A DNA stretch of 64,000 nucleotides from Actinomycetota bacterium (GTDB taxonomy: Bacteria > Actinomycetota > Geothermincolia > Geothermincolales > RBG-13-55-18): the NCBI GenBank assembly GCA_014360655.1, contig JACIXC010000001.1, positions 17,173 through 81,172 of the forward strand, given 5' to 3'. The stretch's first letter is position 1; each line of letters begins with the position of its first letter. The notes under the pieces are model-generated. The model saw only the letters and a list, made by a program, of their open reading frames with translations. It was not told the origin of the DNA and ran no database searches. Both the position numbers and the translations under genes were made by a program. Shown one piece after another: positions 55,661-64,000 of the stretch.

Positions 55661-56833
55661 GTGGAAAGGAGCGCTGGCATGGCCCTCAGTCCCTTTTTCA
55701 CCGAGGAGCACGAGATGCTCCGCCAGAGCATCCGCGAGTTCACCGAGAAGGAGCTCGCGCCGCACGCCGACGAATGGGAGGAACAGGGAAGTTTCCCCGA
55801 CTGGGTCTTCACGCGCCTGGGCGAGCTTGGCTTCCTCGGCCTCCACTACCCCGAGGAGTACGGGGGCGGCGGGGGCGATTACTTCACCAACATAGTCCTG
55901 GCGGAGGAGCTCAGCCGCTGCGGCAGCGGCAGCGTCAACATGGCCGTGGCCGTGCAGGTGGGCATGGCCACCCCTCCCATCCTGGCCTTCGGCACGGAGG
56001 AGCAGAAACAGAAATACCTGGTGCCCGCCATCAAGGGCGAGAAGATAGCGTGCCTGGGCATCACCGAGCCCAACGCCGGTTCCGACGTGGCCGGCATACA
56101 GACCTACGCCGAGAAGGTCCCGGGGGGCTGGAGGGTCAACGGCAACAAGATCTTCATCACCAACGGCGCCCGGGCCCACTTCATGACCCTCCTGGCACGC
56201 ACCGAGAAGCGCAAGGGCTACAAGGGCATGAGCGTCTTCCTGGTGGACACGGACACCCCGGGCTTCGTCGTCAACCGCAAGCTGGACAAGGTGGGCATGC
56301 GCGCTTCGGACACGGCGGAGATATTCTTCGAGGACATGTTCATCCCCGAGGACGCCCTGCTGGGCGAGGAGGGACGCGGTTTCTACAACATCATGTGGGA
56401 GCTGCAGGGGGAAAGGCTCATCGGCGCCGCGGCGGCCATCGGCGGCGCGCGCCTGACCCTGGAGAGCGTGGTGGAATACACCAAGGAGAGGGTGCAGTTC
56501 GGCAAGCCCATCTGCAAGAACCAGGCCATCGCCCACCGCATCGCCGACCTGGCCACCAAGATAGAGGCCGCGCAGTCGCTGGTATATCTCTGCGCCTGGA
56601 AATACGACCGCGGCGAATACCCGGTGAAGGAGATATCCATGGCCAAGCTCATCGCCGCCCAGGTGGCCTGCGAGGTGGCCGACGAGGCCCTGCAGTTCAT
56701 GGGGGGCTACGGTTACATGATGGAGTACCCGGTGCAGAGGGCCTGGCGCGACGCCCGCCTGGGGCGCATCGGCGGCGGCACGGACGAGATCATGCGGGAG
56801 ATCATCGCCACCACCATGGGCCTCTACGCCTGA
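55661..56833 (+). CDS. Acyl-CoA dehydrogenase (IVD/LCAD-type, Gly at the canonical Glu position: RIGGGTDEIMR)
   Basis: 390 aa. ACAD N/M/C domains. The IGGGT motif is as in isovaleryl/long-chain ACADs, where the catalytic base sits on helix G. Confidence 0.85.
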   Translation: MERSAGMALSPFFTEEHEMLRQSIREFTEKELAPHADEWEEQGSFPDWVFTRLGELGFLGLHYPEEYGGGGGDYFTNIVLAEELSRCGSGSVNMAVAVQVGMATPPILAFGTEEQKQKYLVPAIKGEKIACLGITEPNAGSDVAGIQTYAEKVPGGWRVNGNKIFITNGARAHFMTLLARTEKRKGYKGMSVFLVDTDTPGFVVNRKLDKVGMRASDTAEIFFEDMFIPEDALLGEEGRGFYNIMWELQGERLIGAAAAIGGARLTLESVVEYTKERVQFGKPICKNQAIAHRIADLATKIEAAQSLVYLCAWKYDRGEYPVKEISMAKLIAAQVACEVADEALQFMGGYGYMMEYPVQRAWRDARLGRIGGGTDEIMREIIATTMGLYA

Positions 56834-56836
56834 GGC

Positions 56837-57262
56837 TCAGGGAAGGTAGACCACGGCCTCGCCGCCCTTGAGGACGTCGCTCCCGTCCCCCTTCTCCGCC
56901 CAGACGTCCAGCACCACCAGGTTGCCCTCCAGTTTCTCGCGCACCCTGCCCCTGAAGGTGACCGTCTCCCCCGGGATGACCATGCCCCGGAACTGGCAGG
57001 ACAGCTTCTTCAGGTACCCGGGGTCGCCGATCCAGTCCATGACCGTCTTGCCCAGCAGGGCCATGTTGAAGAGCCCGTGTGCGATGACGTCGGGGAGCAT
57101 GGCCACGTCCCTTGCGAAGAAAGGGTTGGTGTGGATGGGGTTGAAGTCCCCGCTGGCCCCGGCGTAGACCACGGCGTCCATGCGGTCGAACGTATGGGAA
57201 AAACTGGGGATCTCCTGGCCCACCTGCACGTCCCCGTATCTCAAGTCGCAGAGCTCGGCCAT
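56837..57262 (-). CDS. MaoC-like hot-dog dehydratase/hydratase, catalytic subunit (HadB/ChsH2-like)
   Basis: 141 aa from ATG 57262, overlapping the TGA of the upstream partner (ATGA). DFNPIHTNPFFARDVAMLPDVIAHG motif. Confidence 0.75.
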   Translation of the reverse strand: MAELCDLRYGDVQVGQEIPSFSHTFDRMDAVVYAGASGDFNPIHTNPFFARDVAMLPDVIAHGLFNMALLGKTVMDWIGDPGYLKKLSCQFRGMVIPGETVTFRGRVREKLEGNLVVLDVWAEKGDGSDVLKGGEAVVYLP

Positions 57263-57705
57263 CACGCGCCACCTCCCCGGATGATGAAGGTGGCCCGCGA
57301 GCGGCACACCAGCTCGCCCCGCTGGTTGCGCGCCTCGCCCTCGTAGACGATGAAATCCAGGTTGCCTTTTTCGTAGATGTCCGCCACCTTGCCCGTTTCG
57401 GTGATGACATCGTTGGGCTTGACCACCGTGAACCACTCGAACTCCTGCGCGCCGTGCACCAGCATGGCCAGGTTCAGCTTGATCTCCTGGTCCAGGAGGA
57501 GCATTCCCGCCCCCCGCAGCGCGTACACCGCGGCGAAGTTGGGCATGGCGATTATATCGCCGTACGCGGTACCCGCGGCGAACTCCTCGTCGTGGAAGAT
57601 GGGACGGTAGTCCTTGGCGGCGGCGGCGTACTCCCGCATCTTCTCCCGGCCCACCTCGTACTTGATGGGGCCGTAGGCCTTGCCTATCCAGCGGTGATCT
57701 ATCAT
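57262..57705 (-). CDS. Hot-dog-fold partner subunit (MaoC_dehydrat_N-type, HadA/ChsH1-like)
   Basis: 147 aa from ATG 57705 (SD AAGGAGGGAGG). MIDHRWIGKAYGPIKYEVGREKMREYAAAAKD... Translationally coupled to the downstream MaoC gene. Confidence 0.65.
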   Translation of the reverse strand: MIDHRWIGKAYGPIKYEVGREKMREYAAAAKDYRPIFHDEEFAAGTAYGDIIAMPNFAAVYALRGAGMLLLDQEIKLNLAMLVHGAQEFEWFTVVKPNDVITETGKVADIYEKGNLDFIVYEGEARNQRGELVCRSRATFIIRGGGA

Positions 57706-57763
57706 GTACCTCCCTCCTTTTTGCTTTCCGCCGAGCGACGCGAAGCAAGGAAATTCTAACACC

Positions 57764-57945
57764 CGCCTCGCCGCGCGGACAATGCCGCGCGCGGCCCCGC
57801 TCCGTCGGAAGCGCCATGCAGGGGCTTCTTGGTACCGTGTGCGGTGCATTCGCATTATGGTACGGCGCGCAAGACATCCCCTTTTCTCAAACAGCGGCCC
57901 CGCCGCGCGGACAACACCGCCGCGCGCGGCCCCGCTCCGTGGGAA
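57764..57945. repeat. Two copies of a ~45-bp GC-rich stem-loop element (REP-like or terminator-like)
   Basis: cgccgcgcggacaatgccgcgcgcggccccgctccgtcgga at 57770-57810 and cgccgcgcggacaacaccgccgcgcgcggccccgctccgtggga at 57901-57944. Each contains a GCCGCGCGG/CCGCGCGGC inverted repeat. Confidence 0.65.
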
Positions 57946-58150
57946 ACACCTATCGAAACGTGCGGCATGGCGCAAAGCTCGCTCCCTGCAAGAGCGCCGT
58001 GCGGAATGCGTCACGGCGGGTTATGCGATGTTCTTCTTCCTGCGCGTAAGAAAAGGCGCTTGCCCGAGCCGGCGGGCGGCGACTTCGCGCCTCCTCCCTG
58101 GTCCGGGCAAGAACCGTTGGCAAGGCCTGTCAGGTCCCGGAGGGAACGGC

Positions 58151-58633
58151 TCATGCGCCCCCGGAGCCGTCGCGCGCGCAATCGCGGGCGCGGTCACGTT
58201 CGCGCAGGCAGTCGCCGGCGCAATCCCCGTCGCCGCTTCCCCCGGCAACGTATCCGCTACCGTACCGCCGCACGGCTCCCTCGGCTCCGGGCACTTCTTC
58301 CCCCGCGGGAGTCCCGTTGCCCTTGCGGAACTGCTCGCCGGTACCGTCGCACGGGCACTCTCCGTCCCTCTCGCGCAACTGCTCACGCAGGCGTTCACAA
58401 TCACCGGCGCATGCGCCGTTCTCCACCTGCTCGCAATGCTCGCTTCGGGACCTGCATTCGCCTCCAGGGTTACAGCCTGCCGGCTCTTTCGCCAGCCCGC
58501 TCCGCGGCACCATCCCGCAACCCGGTGCATCGGATGACCCGCCTACTCCGTCGGCCGCCGCCACGGCAAGGCCCGCCGCAAGCAGAACGGCCACTCCCGT
58601 GATCACGGCGATCATGATCGCTCTTCTGGACAT
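58151..58633 (-). CDS. Hypothetical secreted/membrane-anchored Cys-rich protein with internal CAGDC...RERD...C repeats
   Basis: 160 aa from ATG 58633 (SD AAGGAGGTGAG). Signal/TM segment IMIAVITGVAVLLAAGLAVAAA. Repeats CAGDCERLREQLRERDGECPCDG / CAGDCLRERDRARDCARDG. Confidence 0.45.
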   Translation of the reverse strand: MSRRAIMIAVITGVAVLLAAGLAVAAADGVGGSSDAPGCGMVPRSGLAKEPAGCNPGGECRSRSEHCEQVENGACAGDCERLREQLRERDGECPCDGTGEQFRKGNGTPAGEEVPGAEGAVRRYGSGYVAGGSGDGDCAGDCLRERDRARDCARDGSGGA

Positions 58634-58866
58634 ATTCTCACCTCCTTTTCCGTTTCTGAGCCTATATACGCATGCGCCTCCCCCCATATACGCCCCGTCC
58701 GAAAAGAAGGCGGGCGCGGGCCGCCGCAAGCGTTTCGTCATACCGGCCGGCGCGGAGATGTTGTTTAATCATATCGCAAGCGCGGAGGCGGCCCGGTTCC
58801 CCCCTTTCCGCGGAGATGGGACCACGATGCCCCTCCGCGTGGAGGCGGCCAAGCAAGGCGGGGCCG

Positions 58867-58892
58867 GGAAAAGCCCGCGGGGGCCTTGCGTT
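58867..58892 (+). promoter_or_regulatory. Candidate ECF-type promoter (GGAAA-N17-CGTT) upstream of the ECF sigma gene
   Basis: GGAAA at 58867-58871, 17-nt spacer, CGTT at 58889-58892, about 47 nt upstream of the proposed TTG start. ECF sigma factors are commonly autoregulated from GGAAC-N16-17-CGTT-like promoters. Confidence 0.3.
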
Positions 58893-58938
58893 CATTTCTC
58901 GCGCGGGGGACGTATATAAGGACAGAAAGGAATATCGC

Positions 58939-59475
58939 TTGAGCACCTTGGAGGAACTGGCGGAAAGCGCCGCCGGCGGCGATAAGGAGGCGTTCGCCGC
59001 GCTGTACGAGCGATTGCTTGAGCCGGTCTACCGTTACCTTTACTGGAGCCTTTCCTCGCCGGAGGAAGCGGAAGACCTGGCGCAGGAGGCCTTCGTGCGG
59101 TGTCTCGCCAATATCGCCGCCTTTGACGCCCGCAAGGCGTCCTTCAAATCCTGGGTCTTCCGTATCGCCCATAACCTGCTGGTCGATCACCTGAGGCGCG
59201 GGAGAAGGACGCAGGAGCTCCCCGCAGAGCTGGAGTCGGGGCAGGAACCGCCGTCGGAGGCGGTGGAGGAAGAGGAGCGGAGGCGCGCTGTATACAGCGT
59301 GCTGAAGGAGCTTCCCGAGGCGCAGAGGCAGGTCATCGTGATGAAATATTTCACCGAGATGAGCAACGAGGAGGTGGGCGCGGTCCTGGGCCGCAGCCCG
59401 GGAGCCGTCAATGCCCTGCAGCACAGGGCGCTCAGGAAGTTGGGCAGATTGCTGGAGAAGAGGGGTTGGCACTGA
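58939..59475 (+). CDS. ECF-subfamily RNA polymerase sigma factor
   Basis: 178 aa from TTG 58939 (AAAGGAA SD). Region-2 motifs (LYERLLEPVYRYL, DLAQEAFVR) and region-4 HTH (MSNEEVGAVLGRSPGAVNALQHRALRKL). The maximal ORF N-terminus (from 58672) is rejected. Confidence 0.8.
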   Translation: MSTLEELAESAAGGDKEAFAALYERLLEPVYRYLYWSLSSPEEAEDLAQEAFVRCLANIAAFDARKASFKSWVFRIAHNLLVDHLRRGRRTQELPAELESGQEPPSEAVEEEERRRAVYSVLKELPEAQRQVIVMKYFTEMSNEEVGAVLGRSPGAVNALQHRALRKLGRLLEKRGWH

Positions 59476-60428
59476 TGATGAGACGGAGAGAGAGGAGTGA
59501 AACGGCGCTGGAGATGAAGGCGGACGCCTTCCTGCGGGAAATCCCGCAGCCGCGCGTGCCGCGCGCGCTGGTGCATCACGGTGCGCAGCGCGCCGCCGCC
59601 ATCGCCTCCGCCCGGCAGGCGGCGACGGGCAGACGCGTTTACCGCAGGCCGCTTCCCGCCCACCGTGCCGTCCTGGCCACGCTGCTCGCCGTCGTTCTCC
59701 TCGCGGGCACAACCTCGGCCACCTACGCCGCATCCATGGACGCCGCGCCCGGGTCCCTGCTCTACGGGAGCAAGATCTTCTTCGAGAGGACCCGCGTGTT
59801 CTTCACCGTCTCCCGCGCCGAGGATGCCAAGCTGGAGATGGAGTACAGCGAGCGGCGCATGCGAGAGCTCTCGCACATGATGGCCGGCGCTTCGGAGCCC
59901 GCGGCAGAGCGCTGGCTGCGGGAATACCGGCGCAACGTGGAGGGCGCCGAAGCCCTGCTTGACGGCCTTTCCGGACAGGAGGCTTCCCTGCTGGCCGCCC
60001 GCTTGCTGGAAACGCTGGAGGAGCAGGCGGCCGCGCTCGAGAGCATGCCGCGCTTTCCCGCGACCACTCCCGCCATGTCGTCCTGCCTGGAGGAGGCTTA
60101 CAGGATCTGCGACGGGAGCAGGGCGCGCATGCGCAGGCGCTGCGGTGAAGGCTGCGATCACGAGGGAAAGCCGGGCTTACCCGGCAACGGTGAGGACAAG
60201 GGCGAAAGGGGCGGCGGAGCTGCCGTTGATGCGCCGGGCGACGCTACCTCCTTCTCCTGCCAGGAACAGGAAGCCATTACGACCTGCACCGCAACGTATC
60301 CCGGGGAAGGTGGGGTCTCACGCGGGGGCGTGACAACGGAGGGGGAGGCAAGCGGGGGCGGTACGCACGGGCAGGCGACCACGGGAGCGCGCGGCGACTT
60401 CCGTTCCGGAAATCACCGGGAAGATTGA
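59475..60428 (+). CDS. Putative anti-sigma factor (single-pass membrane protein, DUF5667-like extracytoplasmic domain, Gly/Cys-rich C-terminus)
   Basis: ATG 59475 overlaps the sigma TGA (TGATG). One TM AVLATLLAVVLLAGTTSA. Positioned immediately downstream of the ECF sigma gene. Confidence 0.55.
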   Translation: MMRRRERSETALEMKADAFLREIPQPRVPRALVHHGAQRAAAIASARQAATGRRVYRRPLPAHRAVLATLLAVVLLAGTTSATYAASMDAAPGSLLYGSKIFFERTRVFFTVSRAEDAKLEMEYSERRMRELSHMMAGASEPAAERWLREYRRNVEGAEALLDGLSGQEASLLAARLLETLEEQAAALESMPRFPATTPAMSSCLEEAYRICDGSRARMRRRCGEGCDHEGKPGLPGNGEDKGERGGGAAVDAPGDATSFSCQEQEAITTCTATYPGEGGVSRGGVTTEGEASGGGTHGQATTGARGDFRSGNHRED

Positions 60429-60706
60429 GCCCTTTCCGGCCCGCGGAGACGGCCCCTCGACCCTTTTTCCCGACATGGGCGGCGCGGAGGGGGAGATGGA
60501 CCGGGTCGCCTCCCGGCCCGGGGAACCGGACTTTCATCCGGCCCCCTATCCTCTATCTTCGCGCGGACGGTGCTGTGGGAAAATATTCCAGAGATGACCA
60601 TGCAGGGTGCGCTCGACGCGGGCGCGGTCCGTTCCCGGGATGCGCGTTGCGGCGAAAAACCGGGGCCCATGAGCCCCTTGTGCTTTTTCCCCGGTTCACC
60701 CGCGGC

Positions 60707-61246
60707 TCAAGGCGAAGCCTCAACGGAAGCGGCGTTTTCCTCCCCTTCCGCCCCTTCCTCCGTGTTGCCATCCCCCGAAGCGCGATCCTTATCGTCCAGG
60801 ACGATGAGTGGTATCTCCCCGGGTTTCACGTAACCCATCCTGCGCGCTTCGCCCTCGACGTATTCCTCGCTGAGGTCGCGTTCCAGCCTCTCCTCCAGCT
60901 CCCGCGTCTTCGCCTTCTCCTCGGCCAGCCTTTCCTCCGCCCGTAGCAGCGACCTCCTGCTCTCGACGACCCGCGTGACCGGGCGGTAGAGCACCGCGGC
61001 GATCAGTCCGAGGGCGATGAGAACAGCGACGAGCACCACCGCACGACGCTTTTTTCTCCTCACCGGCGAGACCTGCCGCCGGGATTGCGATGCGGCCGTG
61101 CGCGTTTCCTTCCTGCCGCTCTCCCGCCTGATCCCATGGGCATCGGAAATGCCGGCGCGCGTGCGCTCCTCCGCCCTTCCTCGGCGGACCCGTACGGTCG
61201 CAGAGCACGACCCCCTCGCCCCTTCAACTCTTGCCGTCCCGCTCAT
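60707..61246 (-). CDS. Septum formation initiator family protein (FtsB/DivIC-like)
   Basis: 179 aa. Basic N-terminus, one TM (AVVLVAVLIALGLIAAVLY), coiled coil LLRAEERLAEEKAKTRELEERLE and the family C-terminal motif MGYVKPGEIPLIVLD. Confidence 0.7.
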   Translation of the reverse strand: MSGTARVEGARGSCSATVRVRRGRAEERTRAGISDAHGIRRESGRKETRTAASQSRRQVSPVRRKKRRAVVLVAVLIALGLIAAVLYRPVTRVVESRRSLLRAEERLAEEKAKTRELEERLERDLSEEYVEGEARRMGYVKPGEIPLIVLDDKDRASGDGNTEEGAEGEENAASVEASP

Positions 61247-61482
61247 ATCCTCACATTTTCACCAATAATGAGATTACACCACTTTTATTATCATTAATAT
61301 CATAATATAACTTTAATTTACAAGCCCAACGGGTACAGGGGCCGGGCACGGGGTCGTCCGGAGATCGTTCTATGCCCGAGGGGACGCGTGGCTCTTTCCC
61401 GGGGTCAACACGGAAACACGCATCGCCTTAGGCACCCCGAACGCAAGCGACCTACCCTTACGTACGAGACGGGCCCTGAACC

Positions 61483-62910
61483 CTACGCGGTTATGCAGTG
61501 GATGGTGTTGGTGGTGGGCATTCCCGTCTGGCCCGGCGCCTTCAGCCCGGCGGTTATTACCAGCGTCTGCCCGGGCGCGAAGAGCCCCTCCTCGCGCGCC
61601 ACTTGCTTCGCAGCGTCCAGCGTCTCCTCCACGCCGCCGTGCACCTCCACCAGGAGGGGACGCACGCCCCAGTAGAGGTTCAGGCGCCTGGCGACGGCAG
61701 GGTCGGGTGTGGGGGCCAGGATGGGCTGGCGCGGCCGCAGACGGCTCACCTGCCGCGCGGTGAACCCGGTTTCCGTGGGGGTCACTATGGCGCTGGCCTC
61801 CGTCTGGAGCGCGAGCTCGCATGCCGCCATGCACACCGCCTCCACGGCGCCTTTCCCGATCCAGCGGCGGCGTTCCTCCAGCCATGCGGCGTAATCGAGC
61901 GCGCCCTCCGCCGTGCGCACTATGCGCCGCATGGTCTCCACAGCCTCCACCGGGAAGGCGCCCACCGCCGTCTCCCCCGAGAGCATCACCGCGTCGCTGC
62001 CGTCCAGCACCGCGTTGGCCACGTCGGTGACCTCCGCGCGTGTCGGTGTAGGACTCTCCATCATGCTCTGCAGCATCTGGGTGGCGGTGATGGCAGGCTT
62101 CCCACGCCTGGCCGCCGCGGCGATTATCCTCTTCTGCAGGAGGGGTATCTCCTCCAGGGGCATCTCCACCCCGAGGTCCCCACGCGCCACCATCACCGCG
62201 TCGGCCGCTTCCACCACCGCCTCCAGTTCCTGCACCGCTTCCCGCTTCTCGACCTTGGCGATGAGCGGCAGTTCCCAGCCGTTCTCCCGCAGCACCCCGC
62301 GCAGGGCCTCAAGGTCATCCGGCGAGCGCACGAAGGAGAGCGCCACCCAGTCCACGCCGGCCCGCACTCCCGCCTCCAGGTCCGAGAGGTCCTTCTCCGT
62401 AAGGGAAGGGAGCGGCAGTCGCCTGCCGGGCAGGTTGATTCCCTTGCGCGAACGCAGCACGCCCCCGCTCACCACGCGGCATACCACCTCGGAACCCCGC
62501 ACCCCCTCCACGGCGAGGACGATGGCCCCGTCGTCCAGGAGCAAGGTATCGCCCACGCTAACCAGCGTCGGGAACGCGGGCAGGTTGACGCTCACCCTCC
62601 GGGCGTCGCCCGCGACGGGCTCCCCGCAGAGGGAAAGCAGGCTGCCCTCCGCGAGTAACACTTCTCCTCCCGCGATCTCCCCCACCCGCAATTTCGGCCC
62701 CATGAGGTCCAGGATGATGCCCACCTCCCTGCCCGCGCGGCGCGCGGCCTCGCGTACCGCCTCCACCTCGGACCGGATGATGTCCGTGTCGGCATGCGAA
62801 GCGTTGATGCGCGCGACATCCATCCCCCCGCGTATCATGGCCTCAAGGGTCCCCACTTCCCTGCAGGCCGGACCGAGAGTGGCGACTATCTTGGCCTTGC
62901 CCGTTTCCAT
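61483..62910 (-). CDS. pyk: Pyruvate kinase
   Basis: 475 aa. KIVATLGPA, MVARGDLGVE and other pyruvate kinase signatures. Full barrel + C-terminal domain. Confidence 0.9.
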   Translation of the reverse strand: METGKAKIVATLGPACREVGTLEAMIRGGMDVARINASHADTDIIRSEVEAVREAARRAGREVGIILDLMGPKLRVGEIAGGEVLLAEGSLLSLCGEPVAGDARRVSVNLPAFPTLVSVGDTLLLDDGAIVLAVEGVRGSEVVCRVVSGGVLRSRKGINLPGRRLPLPSLTEKDLSDLEAGVRAGVDWVALSFVRSPDDLEALRGVLRENGWELPLIAKVEKREAVQELEAVVEAADAVMVARGDLGVEMPLEEIPLLQKRIIAAAARRGKPAITATQMLQSMMESPTPTRAEVTDVANAVLDGSDAVMLSGETAVGAFPVEAVETMRRIVRTAEGALDYAAWLEERRRWIGKGAVEAVCMAACELALQTEASAIVTPTETGFTARQVSRLRPRQPILAPTPDPAVARRLNLYWGVRPLLVEVHGGVEETLDAAKQVAREEGLFAPGQTLVITAGLKAPGQTGMPTTNTIHCITA

Positions 62911-62971
62911 GATCCCTCCTCACCGCCGGGGAAGCGCGTCCTCGCCGACCGCCTCCCCTTGCGACCTCCCC

Positions 62972-63997
62972 TCACCGCAGGGCGAGCCGGTAGATGCCCC
63001 CCGCTCCCGCGTAGAGCAACGCGTTTTCCGTTCCCTTCCAGGCTACTATCTTCGGCGAAGCCTGCACCGCGGGGTAGCGGTGAATCGCCTCCCGTACCAG
63101 GTCCAGCACCTCCAGGCCCTTCTCGCCCGCATAGGCGACCCTCTCCCCTTCCCTGTCGGGATAGAACACGTAAGACGCCGCGTCCTCCCCCAGGCCGTCC
63201 GTGGACGCCTCCCTGAGCACGCGCCCGGAAGGCTCGACCTTGAACCACACCGCCCGCACCCCCTCTTCCTCCAGCCGGCGCGGGGCCACGAAGAAAAGTC
63301 CCGCAGGGCACCACCACAGGAAGCGCACCTCCTCGTCGCTGCGCAGGTAGTAATTCCATCCCGTGCCTCCCACCCTCGCCTCCTGCAAAAGGTAGCCCGC
63401 CCCGTCGTGCGCGTCCCGGGAAACGGTACGGCTCACCGACATGACGCGGTCGCCCGCCGGGCTCCAGGCTACCATTTCCTGCCAGGGCGCGAGGTAGGCC
63501 TTCTCCCTGCCGTTGCTCAACATGCACCAGAACTCCTTCTCCACCGTACCGGGAGGGGAAGCGGTCCACAGGATATAGTCACCGTGCGGGGAGGGCAGGG
63601 GATCCTCGTCGAAGGCTTCGCTCTCGGTGAGGTTAAGGGCAGCCGGCTCGGGCGCGGAGAGATCGAGCAACCATATATCCCCCCCGTCCTCGAAGGACAG
63701 CCTGTTCCCTTGCCCCACCCAGCGCGCCCTGAAGCCCTTCACTTCGCGCTGCCACAACGGTTCCCCCGCCGTGCCCTCTCCCAGGCGGTACACCGCGAGC
63801 AGGTTGCCGCCCCGCCCGCCTCCGGAGACGATCACGGAGAGCAACCCCCCGTCAGCGGACACCTGCATGGAAAGTACTTCCCGCTCCAGCGGCAGCAGGA
63901 GCTCGCCATCGCCGCCGACCTCCTCCACCCTGGTTCGCGGTATCATGACCATCCCGGAGAAAAGGCTCGCGATGTAATAGCTGAGCCCCACCAGCAC
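62972..63997 (-). CDS. Hypothetical protein (possibly beta-propeller-like; N-terminus may extend beyond the window end)
   Basis: 341+ aa ORF on the minus strand reaching the window edge. Repeated W/G-rich strands but no recognised family. Confidence 0.35.
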   Translation of the reverse strand: MLVGLSYYIASLFSGMVMIPRTRVEEVGGDGELLLPLEREVLSMQVSADGGLLSVIVSGGGRGGNLLAVYRLGEGTAGEPLWQREVKGFRARWVGQGNRLSFEDGGDIWLLDLSAPEPAALNLTESEAFDEDPLPSPHGDYILWTASPPGTVEKEFWCMLSNGREKAYLAPWQEMVAWSPAGDRVMSVSRTVSRDAHDGAGYLLQEARVGGTGWNYYLRSDEEVRFLWWCPAGLFFVAPRRLEEEGVRAVWFKVEPSGRVLREASTDGLGEDAASYVFYPDREGERVAYAGEKGLEVLDLVREAIHRYPAVQASPKIVAWKGTENALLYAGAGGIYRLALR

Positions 63998-64000
63998 GGC

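Noticed and set aside
56837-58014. Long maximal ORFs 56837-57877 and 57262-58014 for the hot-dog pair
   Set aside because: N-terminal portions are Arg-rich off-frame artefacts. Internal ATGs (57262 with ATGA coupling, 57705 with a strong SD) give canonical approximately 140-aa hot-dog proteins.
58672-58938. N-terminal 89 residues of the maximal ECF sigma ORF
   Set aside because: Arg/Pro-rich and overlapping the divergent promoter region. Sigma region 2 begins right after an in-frame TTG with an SD.

Overview
This window is high-GC (about 70%) and gene-dense. It looks like an actinobacterial chromosome segment for three reasons. It carries an LPXTG sortase-substrate surface protein. It has the mycobacterial-type Ppx/GppA-DUF501 gene pair. 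It has a HadAB/ChsH-like overlapping hot-dog dehydratase pair. A heavy-metal P-type ATPase and an ECF sigma/anti-sigma pair are also present.

Three kinds of content dominate.
1. Envelope genes (1-24 kb): an MMPL/RND exporter, an L,D-transpeptidase, a DUF3068-like membrane protein, and an Amidase_3 cell-wall hydrolase carrying four tandem ~108-aa modules of unknown family. There is also a lipase-like alpha/beta hydrolase-TPR protein whose catalytic Ser/His motif reads GQGVG (apparent pseudoenzyme). A CopA copper ATPase sits with an RseC-like gene.
2. A ~15-kb CoA-thioester (beta-oxidation-like) catabolic island (24.7-39.8 kb). It holds an SDR, acyl-CoA dehydrogenases (one adjacent pair looks like a catalytic plus non-catalytic heteromer), two paralogous acyl-CoA synthetases with near-identical DNA stretches, an SCPx-type thiolase, SCP2, TetR, a ferredoxin-nitroreductase fusion, two paralogous Cys-rich DUF2148-like proteins and a Cys/His-rich unknown. 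A second tandem ACAD pair lies at 48.5-51.1 kb. An ACAD with MaoC/hot-dog hydratase genes lies at 55-57.7 kb.
3. Housekeeping genes: partial adenine deaminase, tRNA-Leu(UAA), ppx, an FtsB-like septum protein and pyruvate kinase.

The most unusual non-coding signal is a ~100-bp repeat family. It occurs as two copies at each of two intergenic loci, and one copy per locus carries an insertion at the same internal position. There is also a 40-bp direct-repeat pair with embedded hairpins, a pair of GC-rich stem-loop repeats, and AT-rich palindromic islands in promoter regions.

No cas genes, integrases or transposases were seen. Many long alternate-frame ORFs in the supplied track are high-GC artefacts and were not called. 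Several maximal ORFs were trimmed to internal starts that have Shine-Dalgarno support.
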